A DNA stretch of 64,000 nt, from positions 42,527 through 106,526 of the forward strand of contig JAHISV010000005.1 in the NCBI GenBank assembly GCA_018818065.1, given 5' to 3'. Of this stretch, positions 9,437-19,174 are shown one piece after another (position 1 is the stretch's first letter; each line of letters begins with the position of its first letter). The stretch is from Bacteroidota bacterium (lineage in GTDB: Bacteria; Bacteroidota; Ignavibacteria; Ignavibacteriales; Melioribacteraceae). A program made the translations under genes and the position numbers. Under the pieces are notes generated by a model, which was not told where the DNA came from, ran no database searches, and saw only the letters and a program-made list of their open reading frames with translations.

Positions 9437-9453
9437 TGTGAATAGAATTCACA
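9437..9453. promoter_or_regulatory. perfect 7-3-7 palindrome TGTGAAT-aga-ATTCACA in the divergent intergenic region between the histidine kinase (8205..9350) and the GlmU-like gene; candidate operator
   Basis: Read directly: 'tgtgaatagaattcaca'. It lies ~85 bp upstream of the kinase start and ~130 bp upstream of 9586. A 'tatttttg' (TAnnTTTG-like -7 motif) occurs at ~9549-9556. Confidence 0.3.
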
Positions 9454-9585
9454 TTTTTTGACTAATATATTATCGAATTTTTTCATAATCCATTGAGGGC
9501 TGTATTTAGCCATAATAGCATAAAAGCCGGATGATTGGTATATATTTTCTTATTTTTGAACGGTTAAACTTTTTAGGAGAGTTAC

Positions 9586-10803
9586 ATGGCGGGTGCTGTT
9601 ATTGATTCAATAATAAATGAAAAATCTGTTCAGTTCGATAAGAAAAAAAAGAATACTGCAATTATTTTAGCAGCGGGGCATGGGAAACGAATTAAATCAA
9701 ACAACTCTAAAATGCTCCATAAGATCTGGGGAAAACCTACAGCTTTACGTGTAAGTGAAGCTGCTTCAAAAACTTTTAATGACGATTGTAATATAATAGT
9801 GGTCGTAGGAGTTAAGGCGGATTCAGTAATTGACTGTTTTGAAGGAAAATTACCAGTGAGTTTTGCTCATCAGGCTGAACAAAATGGAACGGGGCATGCG
9901 GTACAGATGGGCTTGAAAAATATTACTGACGATAGTTATGATGGAAATGTATATGTCCTGGCCGGTGATATGGGGCTAATTGATTCCGAAACTATATTGG
10001 ATTTCAAGTCATCCTTCGAAAATTCAGATAATGATATGATGGTTTTAACAGGGATTTACTCTGGTGACCCTATGGAAAATGCTTATGGGCGGATAATTCG
10101 TGTGCCGGAAGAAGATTGTAATGGTAATTCCACAGCAAGGGAAAAGGGAAATGTAATCGGTATTTTGGAGTATAAGGACATTCTGAAACTTGATGAAAAT
10201 GAAGATTATATTGCAGACTATGGTACTAAAAAATATTCATTTAGCAGATCAAATTTAATAGCTAATAATGAATTTAACTCGGGTGTTTTTGTTTTTAAGT
10301 ACCAATACTTGAAAAAATTAATTGCTCTTATTAAAGACAATAATGTGCAAAAAGAAGTTTACCTGACCGATTTAATATCTCTTTTCAATAAAGAAGGATT
10401 AAAAGTTGGTGCAGTTAGTCCAAAAGAAGATTATGTAATTATGGGGTTCAATAATAAATCAGTTCTTTATGAAATGAATAATATAGCCCGAAAATTAATT
10501 TATAATAAATTGAAGGACATTATTACAATTGAGGACCCTGACGATTTCTTTATCTCAGATGAATTGGTTAACGACTTTTTGAGTAGAGACTCTGAGGGAG
10601 AAATTTTGGATATTACTCTTGGTCGGGGGTCTCAAATTGGTTCTGGAGTTAAACTTGGTAGTAACATACATATTGGAAAAGATGTGGAAATTGAGGGAGA
10701 AGTAGCAATTGGGGACAATGTAGTTATTGGTAATTTCTCTGTCATCAAGGGTAAAAAGGTAATTGCTGATGGTACAGAAATACCTCCATTCTCAGTAGTA
10801 TGA
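9586..10803 (+). CDS. GlmU-like sugar-1-phosphate nucleotidyltransferase with C-terminal left-handed beta-helix (hexapeptide repeat) domain
   Basis: N-terminus 'AIILAAGHGKRIKSNNSKMLHKIWGKP...HQAEQNGTGHAVQ' matches the GlmU/NTP-transferase signature. The C-terminus has hexapeptide repeats 'GRGSQIGSGVKLGSNIHIGKDVEIEGEVAIGDNVVIGNFSVIKG'. At 405 aa it is shorter than canonical GlmU (~456 aa). Confidence 0.55.
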   Translation: MAGAVIDSIINEKSVQFDKKKKNTAIILAAGHGKRIKSNNSKMLHKIWGKPTALRVSEAASKTFNDDCNIIVVVGVKADSVIDCFEGKLPVSFAHQAEQNGTGHAVQMGLKNITDDSYDGNVYVLAGDMGLIDSETILDFKSSFENSDNDMMVLTGIYSGDPMENAYGRIIRVPEEDCNGNSTAREKGNVIGILEYKDILKLDENEDYIADYGTKKYSFSRSNLIANNEFNSGVFVFKYQYLKKLIALIKDNNVQKEVYLTDLISLFNKEGLKVGAVSPKEDYVIMGFNNKSVLYEMNNIARKLIYNKLKDIITIEDPDDFFISDELVNDFLSRDSEGEILDITLGRGSQIGSGVKLGSNIHIGKDVEIEGEVAIGDNVVIGNFSVIKGKKVIADGTEIPPFSVV

Positions 10804-10838
10804 ATGACTCGCCAGGTGCAGGATATTTAAACGCAGAA

Positions 10839-10869
10839 AAGCGATATTACTTACACAGTAATATCGCTT
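10839..10869. terminator. bidirectional hairpin between the convergent GlmU-like and rpsT genes (13-bp perfect stem, 5-nt loop)
   Basis: 'aagcgatattact-tacac-agtaatatcgctt'. On the minus strand it is followed by 'ttctgcgttt'. Confidence 0.5.
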
Positions 10870-10891
10870 CATACTTTTCACAAAAGTTATT

Positions 10892-11149
10892 TTATGCTTC
10901 CAGCGAATTTACAAATCTTGTCAAAGAAGATTTTCTTCTCGCACCAGTATTTTTATGCATTCTTCCTTTGCTAACAGTCTTGTCAATAAAAGAAACAGCT
11001 TCAACTAATGCTTTTTCAGCCACTTCTTTCTTCTCAGCAGAATGAACTTTTTTAATCAATGTTTTAATTTTTGACAGGGTTGCACTGTTTCTTTGTCTTC
11101 TTTTCTCTGAAGACCTAATTCTTTTTTTGGCAGACTTATGTTGCGCCAT
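10892..11149 (-). CDS. rpsT: 30S ribosomal protein S20
   Basis: 'MAQHKSAKKRIRSSEKRRQRNSATLSKIKTLIKKV' is the canonical S20 N-terminus. 85 aa. Confidence 0.9.
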   Translation of the reverse strand: MAQHKSAKKRIRSSEKRRQRNSATLSKIKTLIKKVHSAEKKEVAEKALVEAVSFIDKTVSKGRMHKNTGARRKSSLTRFVNSLEA

Positions 11150-11319
11150 TCTTTATCCTAAATATTTTATTCGAAAGACACTAAATATAGGCGTATTATG
11201 GTAATAAATCAATATTTAGTTGTGGAATTTAAACAATTATCGGCTGATTAGTATTAATAAAATTATATTGCTATTTTTGCGAGTTAATTAGAATAAGTTA
11301 TCCTTTTTGAAGGGAATAC

Positions 11320-11958
11320 GTGCTTAAAATAAATGAATTGTTTTATTCGATACAAGGTGAAGGAAGTTATTCCGGTTTGCCATGTGTATTTGTAAGACTA
11401 ACGTATTGTAATCTTAGGTGTACTTATTGCGATACAGAATATGCTTTTTTCCAAGGAAAAGACACTTCCCTTGACGAAATAATAAGTGAAGTGGGCTCCT
11501 ATAACTGTAAACTTGTCGAGGTAACTGGTGGCGAGCCGCTTATGCAAAAACAAACTCCGGAATTGATGAGAAGGCTTTGCGATGCCGGATTTGAAGTTTT
11601 ACTGGAGACGGGAGGGAGTCTTTCAATTGAAACCGTTGACAAGCGTGTAAAAATAATAATGGATTATAAATGCCCCTCGAGCGGGATGGAAAAACGTAAT
11701 CTTTATGAAAATGTTTTACACTTAAAGAAAACAGACGAAGCAAAATTTGTTATTGGTACCAGGGAAGATTACGAGTGGGCAAAAAAAATAATTGAGACAT
11801 ATAGATTATTCAATAAATGTGAAATTCTTTTTTCAACCGTTTTTGGAGAATTGCACCCTAGAGTGCTATCTGAGTGGATTTTAGATGACAGAATAAACGT
11901 AAGGATGCAGCTCCAGATACATAAATATATTTGGGATCCTGATAAAAGAGGTGTATGA
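11320..11958 (+). CDS. queE: 7-carboxy-7-deazaguanine synthase (radical SAM)
   Basis: 'ELFYSIQGEGSYSGLPCVFVRLTYCNLRCTYCDTEY' is the QueE CxxxCxxC radical-SAM motif. 212 aa. A 'tatttttg' promoter-like motif lies at 11272-11279. Confidence 0.9.
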   Translation: MLKINELFYSIQGEGSYSGLPCVFVRLTYCNLRCTYCDTEYAFFQGKDTSLDEIISEVGSYNCKLVEVTGGEPLMQKQTPELMRRLCDAGFEVLLETGGSLSIETVDKRVKIIMDYKCPSSGMEKRNLYENVLHLKKTDEAKFVIGTREDYEWAKKIIETYRLFNKCEILFSTVFGELHPRVLSEWILDDRINVRMQLQIHKYIWDPDKRGV

Positions 11959-12386
11959 TGAAAATTGCAAAAGAATTTAGATGGGAAATGGGACATAGAC
12001 TTACTTTCCATAAAGGCAAGTGTAAATCCTTGCATGGTCACTCCTATAAAATGATGGTAGAGTTTTCAGGTATGCCGGATGAAAATGGTATGGTACTCGA
12101 CTACTACGATGTTAAAAATATTATTGGGCCCATTGTGGATAAGCTTGATCATTCTTTTATGGTATACGAAAAGGATACGGAAGTTATTGATGCTTTGAAT
12201 AAACTTAATAGCCAAATAGTTGTGACTCCATTCGAATCAACCGCTGAAAATATGTGTAGATATTTTCTTGATGAAATAAAGAAAACTGATTTGCCAGATA
12301 ACATTTATGGTGTCAAGGTTAAGGTTTTTGAGACAGAAAATACTTACGCGCAGGATAAAATAGAATTGCAAAAGAAGGGCAGCTAA
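11955..12386 (+). CDS. queD: 6-carboxy-5,6,7,8-tetrahydropterin synthase
   Basis: 'EFRWEMGHRLTFHKGKCKSLHGHSY' is the QueD/PTPS Cys-x-x-x-His-Gly-His motif. It overlaps the queE stop by 4 bp. Confidence 0.85.
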   Translation: MMKIAKEFRWEMGHRLTFHKGKCKSLHGHSYKMMVEFSGMPDENGMVLDYYDVKNIIGPIVDKLDHSFMVYEKDTEVIDALNKLNSQIVVTPFESTAENMCRYFLDEIKKTDLPDNIYGVKVKVFETENTYAQDKIELQKKGS

Positions 12387-12406
12387 ACTGCCCCTTTTTG
12401 CTCTTT
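12377..12406. terminator. hairpin plus T-run at the convergent ends of queD and cobB
   Basis: 'gggcagctaaactgccc' followed by 'ctttttgctcttt'. Confidence 0.5.
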
Positions 12407-13132
12407 AATAATGTTTAATATCTCAGGTAAAATTTCACCGGACTTTCCCCTAAGAGAATAATCAACCGAACCAGAAATTTCAGTACCATCCAAATTTATT
12501 TCTACTACATAAGCGCCACCCTGTTTTGCTGATATAGGAATATATGCCGCAGGGTACACAACAGCTGATGTTCCTACTACGAAGGTAATATCACTATTCA
12601 TAGCAAGTTGTTCTGATTTCTCAAAAACACCGGCGGGGAGCATTTCACCAAACCAAACTACATCTGGTCTTATAAGTCCGTTGCACTTAGTACAACGTGG
12701 TACCTTCTCTGAACCTAAAAGATCTTCTTTGTTATAGAAAGTTTTGCAGTCCACGCAAAAATTTCTCTCAATGTTGCCATGCAACTCGTAAATAGAACTG
12801 CTGCCGGCTCTACCGTGCAAATTATCAACGTTCTGAGTGACAACATCTACTTTTTCAAAATACTTTTCAAATTCAACAATAGTGTAGTGCCCGAGGTTCG
12901 GTTTTGTTTCATTAATTATTTCTCTTCGGTATTGGTACCATTCCCAAACCATATCAGGGTTTTTCATGAAAGCATTAAAATTCGCTAACTCTTCGGGCTT
13001 AAGTTTATTCCACAATCCATCTTTCCCGCGAAAAGTAGCAATTCCACTTTCCGCAGAAATTCCAGCTCCCGTAAAAAATAAAATATTCTTAGCTGTTTTT
13101 AATCTTTCAAAAAAGTCTTTTCTAAATTCCAA
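12383..13132 (-). CDS. cobB: NAD-dependent protein deacylase, Sir2 family
   Basis: 'ILFFTGAGISAESGIATFRG', 'TQNVDNLHGRAGS', and Zn ribbon 'CVDCKTF...RCTKCNGLIRPDVVWFGE'. Confidence 0.85.
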   Translation of the reverse strand: MEFRKDFFERLKTAKNILFFTGAGISAESGIATFRGKDGLWNKLKPEELANFNAFMKNPDMVWEWYQYRREIINETKPNLGHYTIVEFEKYFEKVDVVTQNVDNLHGRAGSSSIYELHGNIERNFCVDCKTFYNKEDLLGSEKVPRCTKCNGLIRPDVVWFGEMLPAGVFEKSEQLAMNSDITFVVGTSAVVYPAAYIPISAKQGGAYVVEINLDGTEISGSVDYSLRGKSGEILPEILNIIKEQKGAV

Positions 13133-13170
13133 CCGCTTTCCTGATCTATTGTTTTTGATCTCTTTGAAAT

Positions 13171-13653
13171 TTATTGGACTGGGGCTTTTTCTTCAGTGTA
13201 TTTTAACCATTCCTGTGTTCTATGAAAGAAGAGAACATAGCCCCTAACCTGCAGCTTACCATTTTCAATCCATAATTTACAATCGTAAACCTTGCCTTTT
13301 TTCGGATCCAATATTTCTCCGTCTTCGTATTCATTATCCTCATTTTTTTCTAATGCTGTAACGATTTCCATCCCCAGAATTTTTTTGTTATATCTTGCGT
13401 CATCTTCATCACACTTGTCACAAACAGGATCAGGATCCTCACCCTCTTTACGGAAAAGTTTAATAATCTTGCCATAATATTTGCCATCATTCTTTTGGTA
13501 TATCTCTACAACTGATTTCTCTTTTCCAGTTTCGTCATCGATCGTCTTCCATTTTCCAATAATTGATTCATTGTCTTGTCCGTGCGAAACAACATTTAAG
13601 GACAATGTGAAAAACAGTATCATTAGCGACTTAAACAATGTTGATGATTTCAT
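13171..13653 (-). CDS. DUF2147 family secreted protein
   Basis: Signal peptide, then 'GKWKTIDDETGKEKSVVEIYQKNDGKYYGKI', 'PDPVCDKCDEDD', 'ILGMEI', 'DGEILDPKKGKVYDCKLWIENGKLQVRGY'. This is the characteristic DUF2147 pattern. Confidence 0.6.
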   Translation of the reverse strand: MKSSTLFKSLMILFFTLSLNVVSHGQDNESIIGKWKTIDDETGKEKSVVEIYQKNDGKYYGKIIKLFRKEGEDPDPVCDKCDEDDARYNKKILGMEIVTALEKNEDNEYEDGEILDPKKGKVYDCKLWIENGKLQVRGYVLFFHRTQEWLKYTEEKAPVQ

Positions 13654-13668
13654 TAGACCCTCTTTTAA

Positions 13669-14661
13669 TTAATCGAATAATGTAGTTTTATTCTCTTCTT
13701 CCTCTGTAGCCGGAATATAAAGTGATGTTCCTGCAAGATGTAAGAATTTTGTCCATTTATTACCACTGCCTTTTTCATTTAAAATAGCAAGCTTGTAGGC
13801 GTTTGATTTAGCGCTTAATTCATCAGCATGATAAAGTATTATTGCCTCAAGTGTCTTAGGTTCAACTGGAGAAGCATATTCTAGTTTCCCCTGATGGCTG
13901 AGTACCAGATGAATTACCTGTGTTTTCAAATCTTCAGGAAAGCCACTAATTCCATTTGCTGTCTTTTCAATTAAGTTTGCCGCAATCACAATATGCCCAA
14001 GTAGTCTCCCTTTGTCAGTATAGTCAAAGGAGTCTTCATAGCTCAATTCTTCTGTCTTGCCAAAATCATGGAGGATTGCACCAGTAATAAGTATATCTTT
14101 GTTAACTTCCGGATGAAATTCACTGATAAGATCGCAGATTCTGATGATCTCCAGTGTATGCTCAAGCAAACCATGAATATAAGAATGATGCCACGATTTT
14201 CCGGCAGGAACGCGAATATATTTTTCAAAACTTGTTCCGGAAAGAATTGTATCAACAAGTTTCTTCAGATAGGTGTTTTTAATTTCACTTATTCTATCAT
14301 TCAATTCCGCAATCATAGTATCAAGATCTCGTGAGGATTTTGGCATGAAATCTTCAGGGTGTATATTGTCGCTTACATCAGTAATTCTAATCTTATCTAT
14401 TATCAATTGAGTCTGCCCAAGATATTCATCAACTTTTGCGCTCACTTTTATTAATGACCCTGCTTTTAGTGAGGGCAGAACATCACCAAATCCGTCCCAC
14501 ATTTTAGCCGAAAGTATGGCTGAACCATCTTGTAACTCGAGATTTAAATATGTTTTTCCTGTTTTGGTGGCTTTTTGCTCTACCTTCGAAACAAGGCAAT
14601 AATGAAGTGCTTTCTCTCCGGGTTTCAAATCCTTAAAATCTTTTTGATCTTTCATATCCAA
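13669..14661 (-). CDS. YhaM-like protein: N-terminal OB-fold plus C-terminal HD phosphohydrolase domain (putative 3'-5' exonuclease)
   Basis: OB-fold region 'YLNLELQDGSAILSAKMWDGF'. HD motif 'HHSYIHGLLEHTLEI...ITGAILHDFGK'. Confidence 0.6.
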   Translation of the reverse strand: MDMKDQKDFKDLKPGEKALHYCLVSKVEQKATKTGKTYLNLELQDGSAILSAKMWDGFGDVLPSLKAGSLIKVSAKVDEYLGQTQLIIDKIRITDVSDNIHPEDFMPKSSRDLDTMIAELNDRISEIKNTYLKKLVDTILSGTSFEKYIRVPAGKSWHHSYIHGLLEHTLEIIRICDLISEFHPEVNKDILITGAILHDFGKTEELSYEDSFDYTDKGRLLGHIVIAANLIEKTANGISGFPEDLKTQVIHLVLSHQGKLEYASPVEPKTLEAIILYHADELSAKSNAYKLAILNEKGSGNKWTKFLHLAGTSLYIPATEEEENKTTLFD

Positions 14662-14707
14662 CGACGCTATTTAAAATTGTTTTTTTATTCTGAAGTTGCC
14701 TTAACAG

Positions 14708-15214
14708 TTATACTTTCTTGACAACACTATTTGCTGGTAATTTTACAATAACCGATCTATTGAGCATGTCAATAGAAACAACAAGGTTTCTTTCATTGTT
14801 AGCCTCAAGAACGACAATCCCTTCCACATCGCAGAAAGATCCGGAAGTGATTTTTACTCTTGTTCCAGTCATTATTCTATCGATAACAGATACTTCCGGA
14901 TCCCTATCAAGTAACCTTTGCAGGTTTTCAATTTGCCAATCAGGAATTACAGCTGGTTTGCCCTCAAAAATAATAGTTCTAACAATTGACATCTGTTCAA
15001 GGGCGGTTAATCTTTCTTTTTCCGTGGCATGAACAAATATATATCCGGGCAATAACGGTACGGTTATTTTTTTCTTTCGGTCGCTCCACTGACGAATGGT
15101 TTTGTAGGTGGGAAGATAATTCTCAATATCTTCAGCCTTTAATTGCTCCTCGGCTTTAAATTCCGCACGTGGTTTCGTATAAAGAGCAAACCAGTTCTTC
15201 CTAACTTCGGTCAT
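14708..15214 (-). CDS. NusG-family specialised paralog (UpxY/LoaP-like transcription antiterminator; NGN + KOW)
   Basis: 'WFALYTKPRAEFKAEEQL...LLPGYIFVHA' (NGN domain) and 'GTRVKITSGSFCDVEGIV' (KOW). 168 aa. Confidence 0.7.
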   Translation of the reverse strand: MTEVRKNWFALYTKPRAEFKAEEQLKAEDIENYLPTYKTIRQWSDRKKKITVPLLPGYIFVHATEKERLTALEQMSIVRTIIFEGKPAVIPDWQIENLQRLLDRDPEVSVIDRIMTGTRVKITSGSFCDVEGIVVLEANNERNLVVSIDMLNRSVIVKLPANSVVKKV

Positions 15215-15238
15215 ATATTATTCTAGTAATGTTTTAAA

Positions 15239-16723
15239 CTATTTAATGTTTTTTGCGATACGGCGTACAAGGTCTTTGTAATCAATTGGTTTGTGTAATA
15301 AATCCACAATACCAAGTTGTTCATATTTTATTTTAATTTCACTATTGAAGATAGCGGATATTACGATAACAGGGATAAATGTATCTCTGTTTCGTATAGC
15401 TTCAATAAATTGAATTCCGTTCATTAATGGCATGTCGTGGTCTGTAACAATTACGGTCGGAACAATATCATTTAATATTTTCATGGCACTATAGCCATTT
15501 TCAGAAAGTATCACGGTATAGTGGGGGAGGAGTTCATTAAATTTTTTCTCGTAAAGATACCTGGTATCCTTATCGTCCTCTATTATTAATATAATATTCT
15601 TGGCTTCATTTAATACAACATGAAATTCACTTCCCTCACCCTCCTGGGAGTAAAACCAGATTTTCCCTTCATGCTTATCAATAATTTCTTTTACAAGCGT
15701 GAGACCTAAACCGGTTCCTTTTTCGCCGTTTACGCCCTCGCGAACATATTTCTCATCAATTTTGAATAGTTTGGAATGCTCACGTTCCGGAATGCCAGTG
15801 CCATGATCCTTGAAAATCAACTCACATTTGCCCTCAGAAAAGGCATTTGAACTTATTTCAATAACAGAATCATTGGGCGAGAATTTGACGGCGTTGCTCA
15901 CAAGGTTTCGGATAGCGATATCAATGTAACGTTCGTCAGCAACAATAAAGAGGTTCTCGTCAATTTCTGTATTTACATCTATATCTTTGCGAACTATTTC
16001 ACCAGTAAGAGAGGAGACACAATTTGACACAACAGTTCTAAGGTTTAATCTTACAGGGTCAATTTTTACCCTGCCTGTTTGGAGTCTGGACCAATCAAGT
16101 AAATTATTAATCATTTGCAGCTGGGTTTTTGATGCTTCATAAATATAGCCGAGGTATTCATTTTGCTCCTCAACCGAAACAGAATCTTCATTAATTAATA
16201 TTTCAGTAAATCCAAGAAGTGTTGTGAAGGGTGATCTTAGGTCGTGGGAGATAATGGAGATGAATTTATCCTTCTCTGTATGAAGTCGCTTAAGTTTCGA
16301 AACTTCTTCTTCCAGTAAAGATTCTTTTTCCTTTAGATCACTTATATCAACAGCTATTTTGTTCAGCTTAATGATTTTCCCGGAATCATCACGGGCTACT
16401 TTTATTTTTTCTTTAAGCCATACAATATTGTTTGATTTTGTTCTAATCCGATAAATAATTCGCGCGAAATTATTTGTGGGATTATTTTCCAGTTCTGCCA
16501 GTTTTAATTTTACATTATCTCTGTCATCTTCTAAAACAAGAGAAATAATTCTTCCCGGCATTTCTTCAATTTCCGCAGAAGTATACCCGGTTATAGAGTA
16601 GAGGGACTCGGAGTATTGTACAACATCTCCGGAAGGATGCCGGTAGGTTACTGACCAAAGAAAGTCATCCAGACTTTCTTGAAGATCCTTAATATTATTA
16701 GATTTTTCAGTGTCCAGATTCAT
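15239..16723 (-). CDS. hybrid sensor histidine kinase/response regulator (PAS-HisKA-HATPase-REC), cytoplasmic
   Basis: H-box 'ISIISHDLRSPFTTLLGF'. 'NLVSNAVKFS' and 'GTGLGLTLVKEII' (HATPase). C-terminal receiver 'IILIIEDDKDTRYLY...VIVTDHDMPLMNG'. Confidence 0.8.
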   Translation of the reverse strand: MNLDTEKSNNIKDLQESLDDFLWSVTYRHPSGDVVQYSESLYSITGYTSAEIEEMPGRIISLVLEDDRDNVKLKLAELENNPTNNFARIIYRIRTKSNNIVWLKEKIKVARDDSGKIIKLNKIAVDISDLKEKESLLEEEVSKLKRLHTEKDKFISIISHDLRSPFTTLLGFTEILINEDSVSVEEQNEYLGYIYEASKTQLQMINNLLDWSRLQTGRVKIDPVRLNLRTVVSNCVSSLTGEIVRKDIDVNTEIDENLFIVADERYIDIAIRNLVSNAVKFSPNDSVIEISSNAFSEGKCELIFKDHGTGIPEREHSKLFKIDEKYVREGVNGEKGTGLGLTLVKEIIDKHEGKIWFYSQEGEGSEFHVVLNEAKNIILIIEDDKDTRYLYEKKFNELLPHYTVILSENGYSAMKILNDIVPTVIVTDHDMPLMNGIQFIEAIRNRDTFIPVIVISAIFNSEIKIKYEQLGIVDLLHKPIDYKDLVRRIAKNIK

Positions 16724-16865
16724 TCCGAAGATGGGTTAATGTATTAAATGAAAATAAAAAAAAAAAAGAAAGAAAGCTATGTTTAGAATATACTTGCGCT
16801 TTAGAACTTGTAAACATTAATTAGTGTTAAGGCTTTCATAATTATTAAAAAATATAGGAAATTTT

Positions 16866-19142
16866 ATGAAGTTTGTTCAAAGTCTTGTTTTTATTCTTTT
16901 ATGTAGTTCTTTGTTCGCTCAGCAAAATATGGGTACAATTAGCGGTAAAGTAGTTGATAAATTTACACAAGAGGCTATACCTGGGGCAAACATAATAGTA
17001 ATTGATAATGATAGAGGAGCAGCAACCGATGCAGAGGGTAACTTCACAATAGATAAACTACCTGCTAAAAACTATCAGATAAGGATTAGCTCGGTTGGTT
17101 ACGAGTCAGTAATAAAAACTGATATTTATGTTTCCACCGGACGCCCAGTCCAATTGTTCATAGAGTTGAATGAAGCAGTGATTGAACTAGACGGAGTTAC
17201 AGTCAGTGCTGATTATTTTGAAATGAATCCTACTGAAATGAACAGCCTTGCCAGTTTTTCTTATGAGGAGTTAAGGCGCGCTCCAGGTGGACTTGAAGAT
17301 GTTGTCAGGGCTCTTTCAATACTTCCCGGTGTGGCGCGTGTAAGTGCCGGGCGAAATGATTTGGTGGTCAGAGGCGGGGCGCCAACGGAAAATTTATTTT
17401 TAGTTGATGGTTTTGTAATCCCCAACATAAACCACTTTGGTACTCAGGGAGCAACTGGCGGGCCTTTAAGTTATATAAATCTTGACTATGTTAATAACAC
17501 TACATTTTCCACAGGTGGATTCTCGGCACTTTACGGAGATAAGCTTTCTTCCGTTTTAGCAATTGATCTTAGGGAGGGCAGAAGTGATAGAATTGGTGGA
17601 AAAGCCACTATTTCTGCCAGCCAGTTTGGTCTTAATTTAGAGGGTCCTTTGTCCGGTAAGGGCAACTTTCTCTTTTCTGCAAGAAGAAGTTATCTGGACT
17701 TCATCTTTAATGCGGCCGGATTTAATTTTGTGCCGGAATACTGGGATGTTTTAGGTAAAGCGGTTTATGAGATTGATAATCAGAATAAGCTTTCTTTTCT
17801 TTTTGTAAGCGCCTTTGATAATGTGAAATTTAACAACAACAACGAAGAAGACTTGTACGATAATTCCAGAATTCTGGCAAATGATCAGATTCAATATTTA
17901 TTAGGATTATCCTACAGGCATCTGTTCGAAAATGGTTTCTACAAAGTAAGTCTGAGCAGAAATTTTGTTGATTACGATGCATCTCAAAGAGACACCCTTC
18001 TGAATCCTGTTTTTCTAAACTTATCCAGTGAAATTGAAAATGAATTAAAGGCGGATATTGTTTTAAAGCTTTCTTCTTCATCTGAATTGAATGTGGGAGC
18101 CGCTGCTAAATTAATTGAATTTGACGCTAATTTGAAATTTCCATTTTTCAAAACATCATTTGGTGAAACTCTATCTATTAACTCATTAGTTGCAAGTGAG
18201 ACTTATCAGAAGTATGGCGGCTATCTTCAATTTAGTGACGTTATTTTTCAAAGATTAAGGTATAGTCTGGGCGCAAGAGCCGATTATTTTAGCGGAATTG
18301 AGAAGAAGTTTTATTTAAGTCCCCGCTTATCAGCATCCTATATGCTTTCCGAAATTACAAGCCTGAACATGAGCGGAGGAATTTATTATCAATTCCCTTC
18401 GTACCTGTGGCTGAGTACGTTTGACTCCAATAAGAAGTTGGAAGCAGTTAATGTAAACCAGATTGTTGTTGGCATTGAACATTATTTACGGGACGATATA
18501 AGGGTAAAACTGGAAGGGTATTACAAAGATTATCGAAACTATCCAACCAGTCAATTAAGAAATTATTTGGTACTTGCAAATACCGGTGTAGGCTTTGCCG
18601 GAGCCGATGACAACTATTCCGCTTTTGGTTTGGAACCGCTCACTAACGATGGAACTGGAAATGTAAAAGGCTTTGAATTATCCCTGCAAAAGAAGGCGGC
18701 AAAGGTACCACACTATGCTCTATTTAGCCTAACCTATAGTGAGGCTAAATTTACAGCAATTGATGGCATTGAACGAGCAGGGGCGTATGACCAAACCTGG
18801 ATACTCAATCTTACGGGTGGCTATATCTTTAATCAAAAATGGGAGACTTCATTAAAGTTCAGACTAGCAACGGGCAATCCTTACACGCCTTATAATAATG
18901 ATGGCTCACAAAGTGTTAGTAATTATAATTCCACTAGATTCGATCCATTACACAGCCTGGATATTAGAGTTGATAGAAAATGGAATTTTGAAGATTGGAA
19001 TCTTATAGCATACATTGATATCCAAAATATTTATAACAACAAAAATTCCAATAGTATAAAATATAATTACAGGGAAAACAAGATCGAGAGTGGATCAAGT
19101 CTTGGAATATTTCCAACAATTGGTATTAGTGCAGAGTTTTAA
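16866..19142 (+). CDS. TonB-dependent receptor-like outer-membrane protein with N-terminal carboxypeptidase-regulatory-like domain
   Basis: Signal peptide. CarbopepD_reg-like 'GTISGKVVDKFTQEAIPGANIIVID...TDAEGNFTID'. Plug-like 'LRRAPGGLEDVVRALSILPGV'. C-terminal 'ISAEF' aromatic terminus. Confidence 0.75.
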   Translation: MKFVQSLVFILLCSSLFAQQNMGTISGKVVDKFTQEAIPGANIIVIDNDRGAATDAEGNFTIDKLPAKNYQIRISSVGYESVIKTDIYVSTGRPVQLFIELNEAVIELDGVTVSADYFEMNPTEMNSLASFSYEELRRAPGGLEDVVRALSILPGVARVSAGRNDLVVRGGAPTENLFLVDGFVIPNINHFGTQGATGGPLSYINLDYVNNTTFSTGGFSALYGDKLSSVLAIDLREGRSDRIGGKATISASQFGLNLEGPLSGKGNFLFSARRSYLDFIFNAAGFNFVPEYWDVLGKAVYEIDNQNKLSFLFVSAFDNVKFNNNNEEDLYDNSRILANDQIQYLLGLSYRHLFENGFYKVSLSRNFVDYDASQRDTLLNPVFLNLSSEIENELKADIVLKLSSSSELNVGAAAKLIEFDANLKFPFFKTSFGETLSINSLVASETYQKYGGYLQFSDVIFQRLRYSLGARADYFSGIEKKFYLSPRLSASYMLSEITSLNMSGGIYYQFPSYLWLSTFDSNKKLEAVNVNQIVVGIEHYLRDDIRVKLEGYYKDYRNYPTSQLRNYLVLANTGVGFAGADDNYSAFGLEPLTNDGTGNVKGFELSLQKKAAKVPHYALFSLTYSEAKFTAIDGIERAGAYDQTWILNLTGGYIFNQKWETSLKFRLATGNPYTPYNNDGSQSVSNYNSTRFDPLHSLDIRVDRKWNFEDWNLIAYIDIQNIYNNKNSNSIKYNYRENKIESGSSLGIFPTIGISAEF

Positions 19143-19147
19143 ATAGA

Positions 19148-19174
19148 ACCTACTAAGTTGACGACTTAGTAGGT
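19148..19174. terminator. 11-bp perfect hairpin between the convergent TonB-receptor and sigma-54 regulator genes
   Basis: 'acctactaagt-tgacg-acttagtaggt'. Confidence 0.5.

Noticed and set aside
11150-11319. Possible preQ1 riboswitch upstream of queE-queD
   Set aside because: The leader was inspected for the preQ1-I hairpin plus A-rich tail and for preQ1-II features. Only a weak 'ccttttt gaagg' hairpin is present, with no conserved core nucleotides. Queuosine genes are not always riboswitch-controlled.
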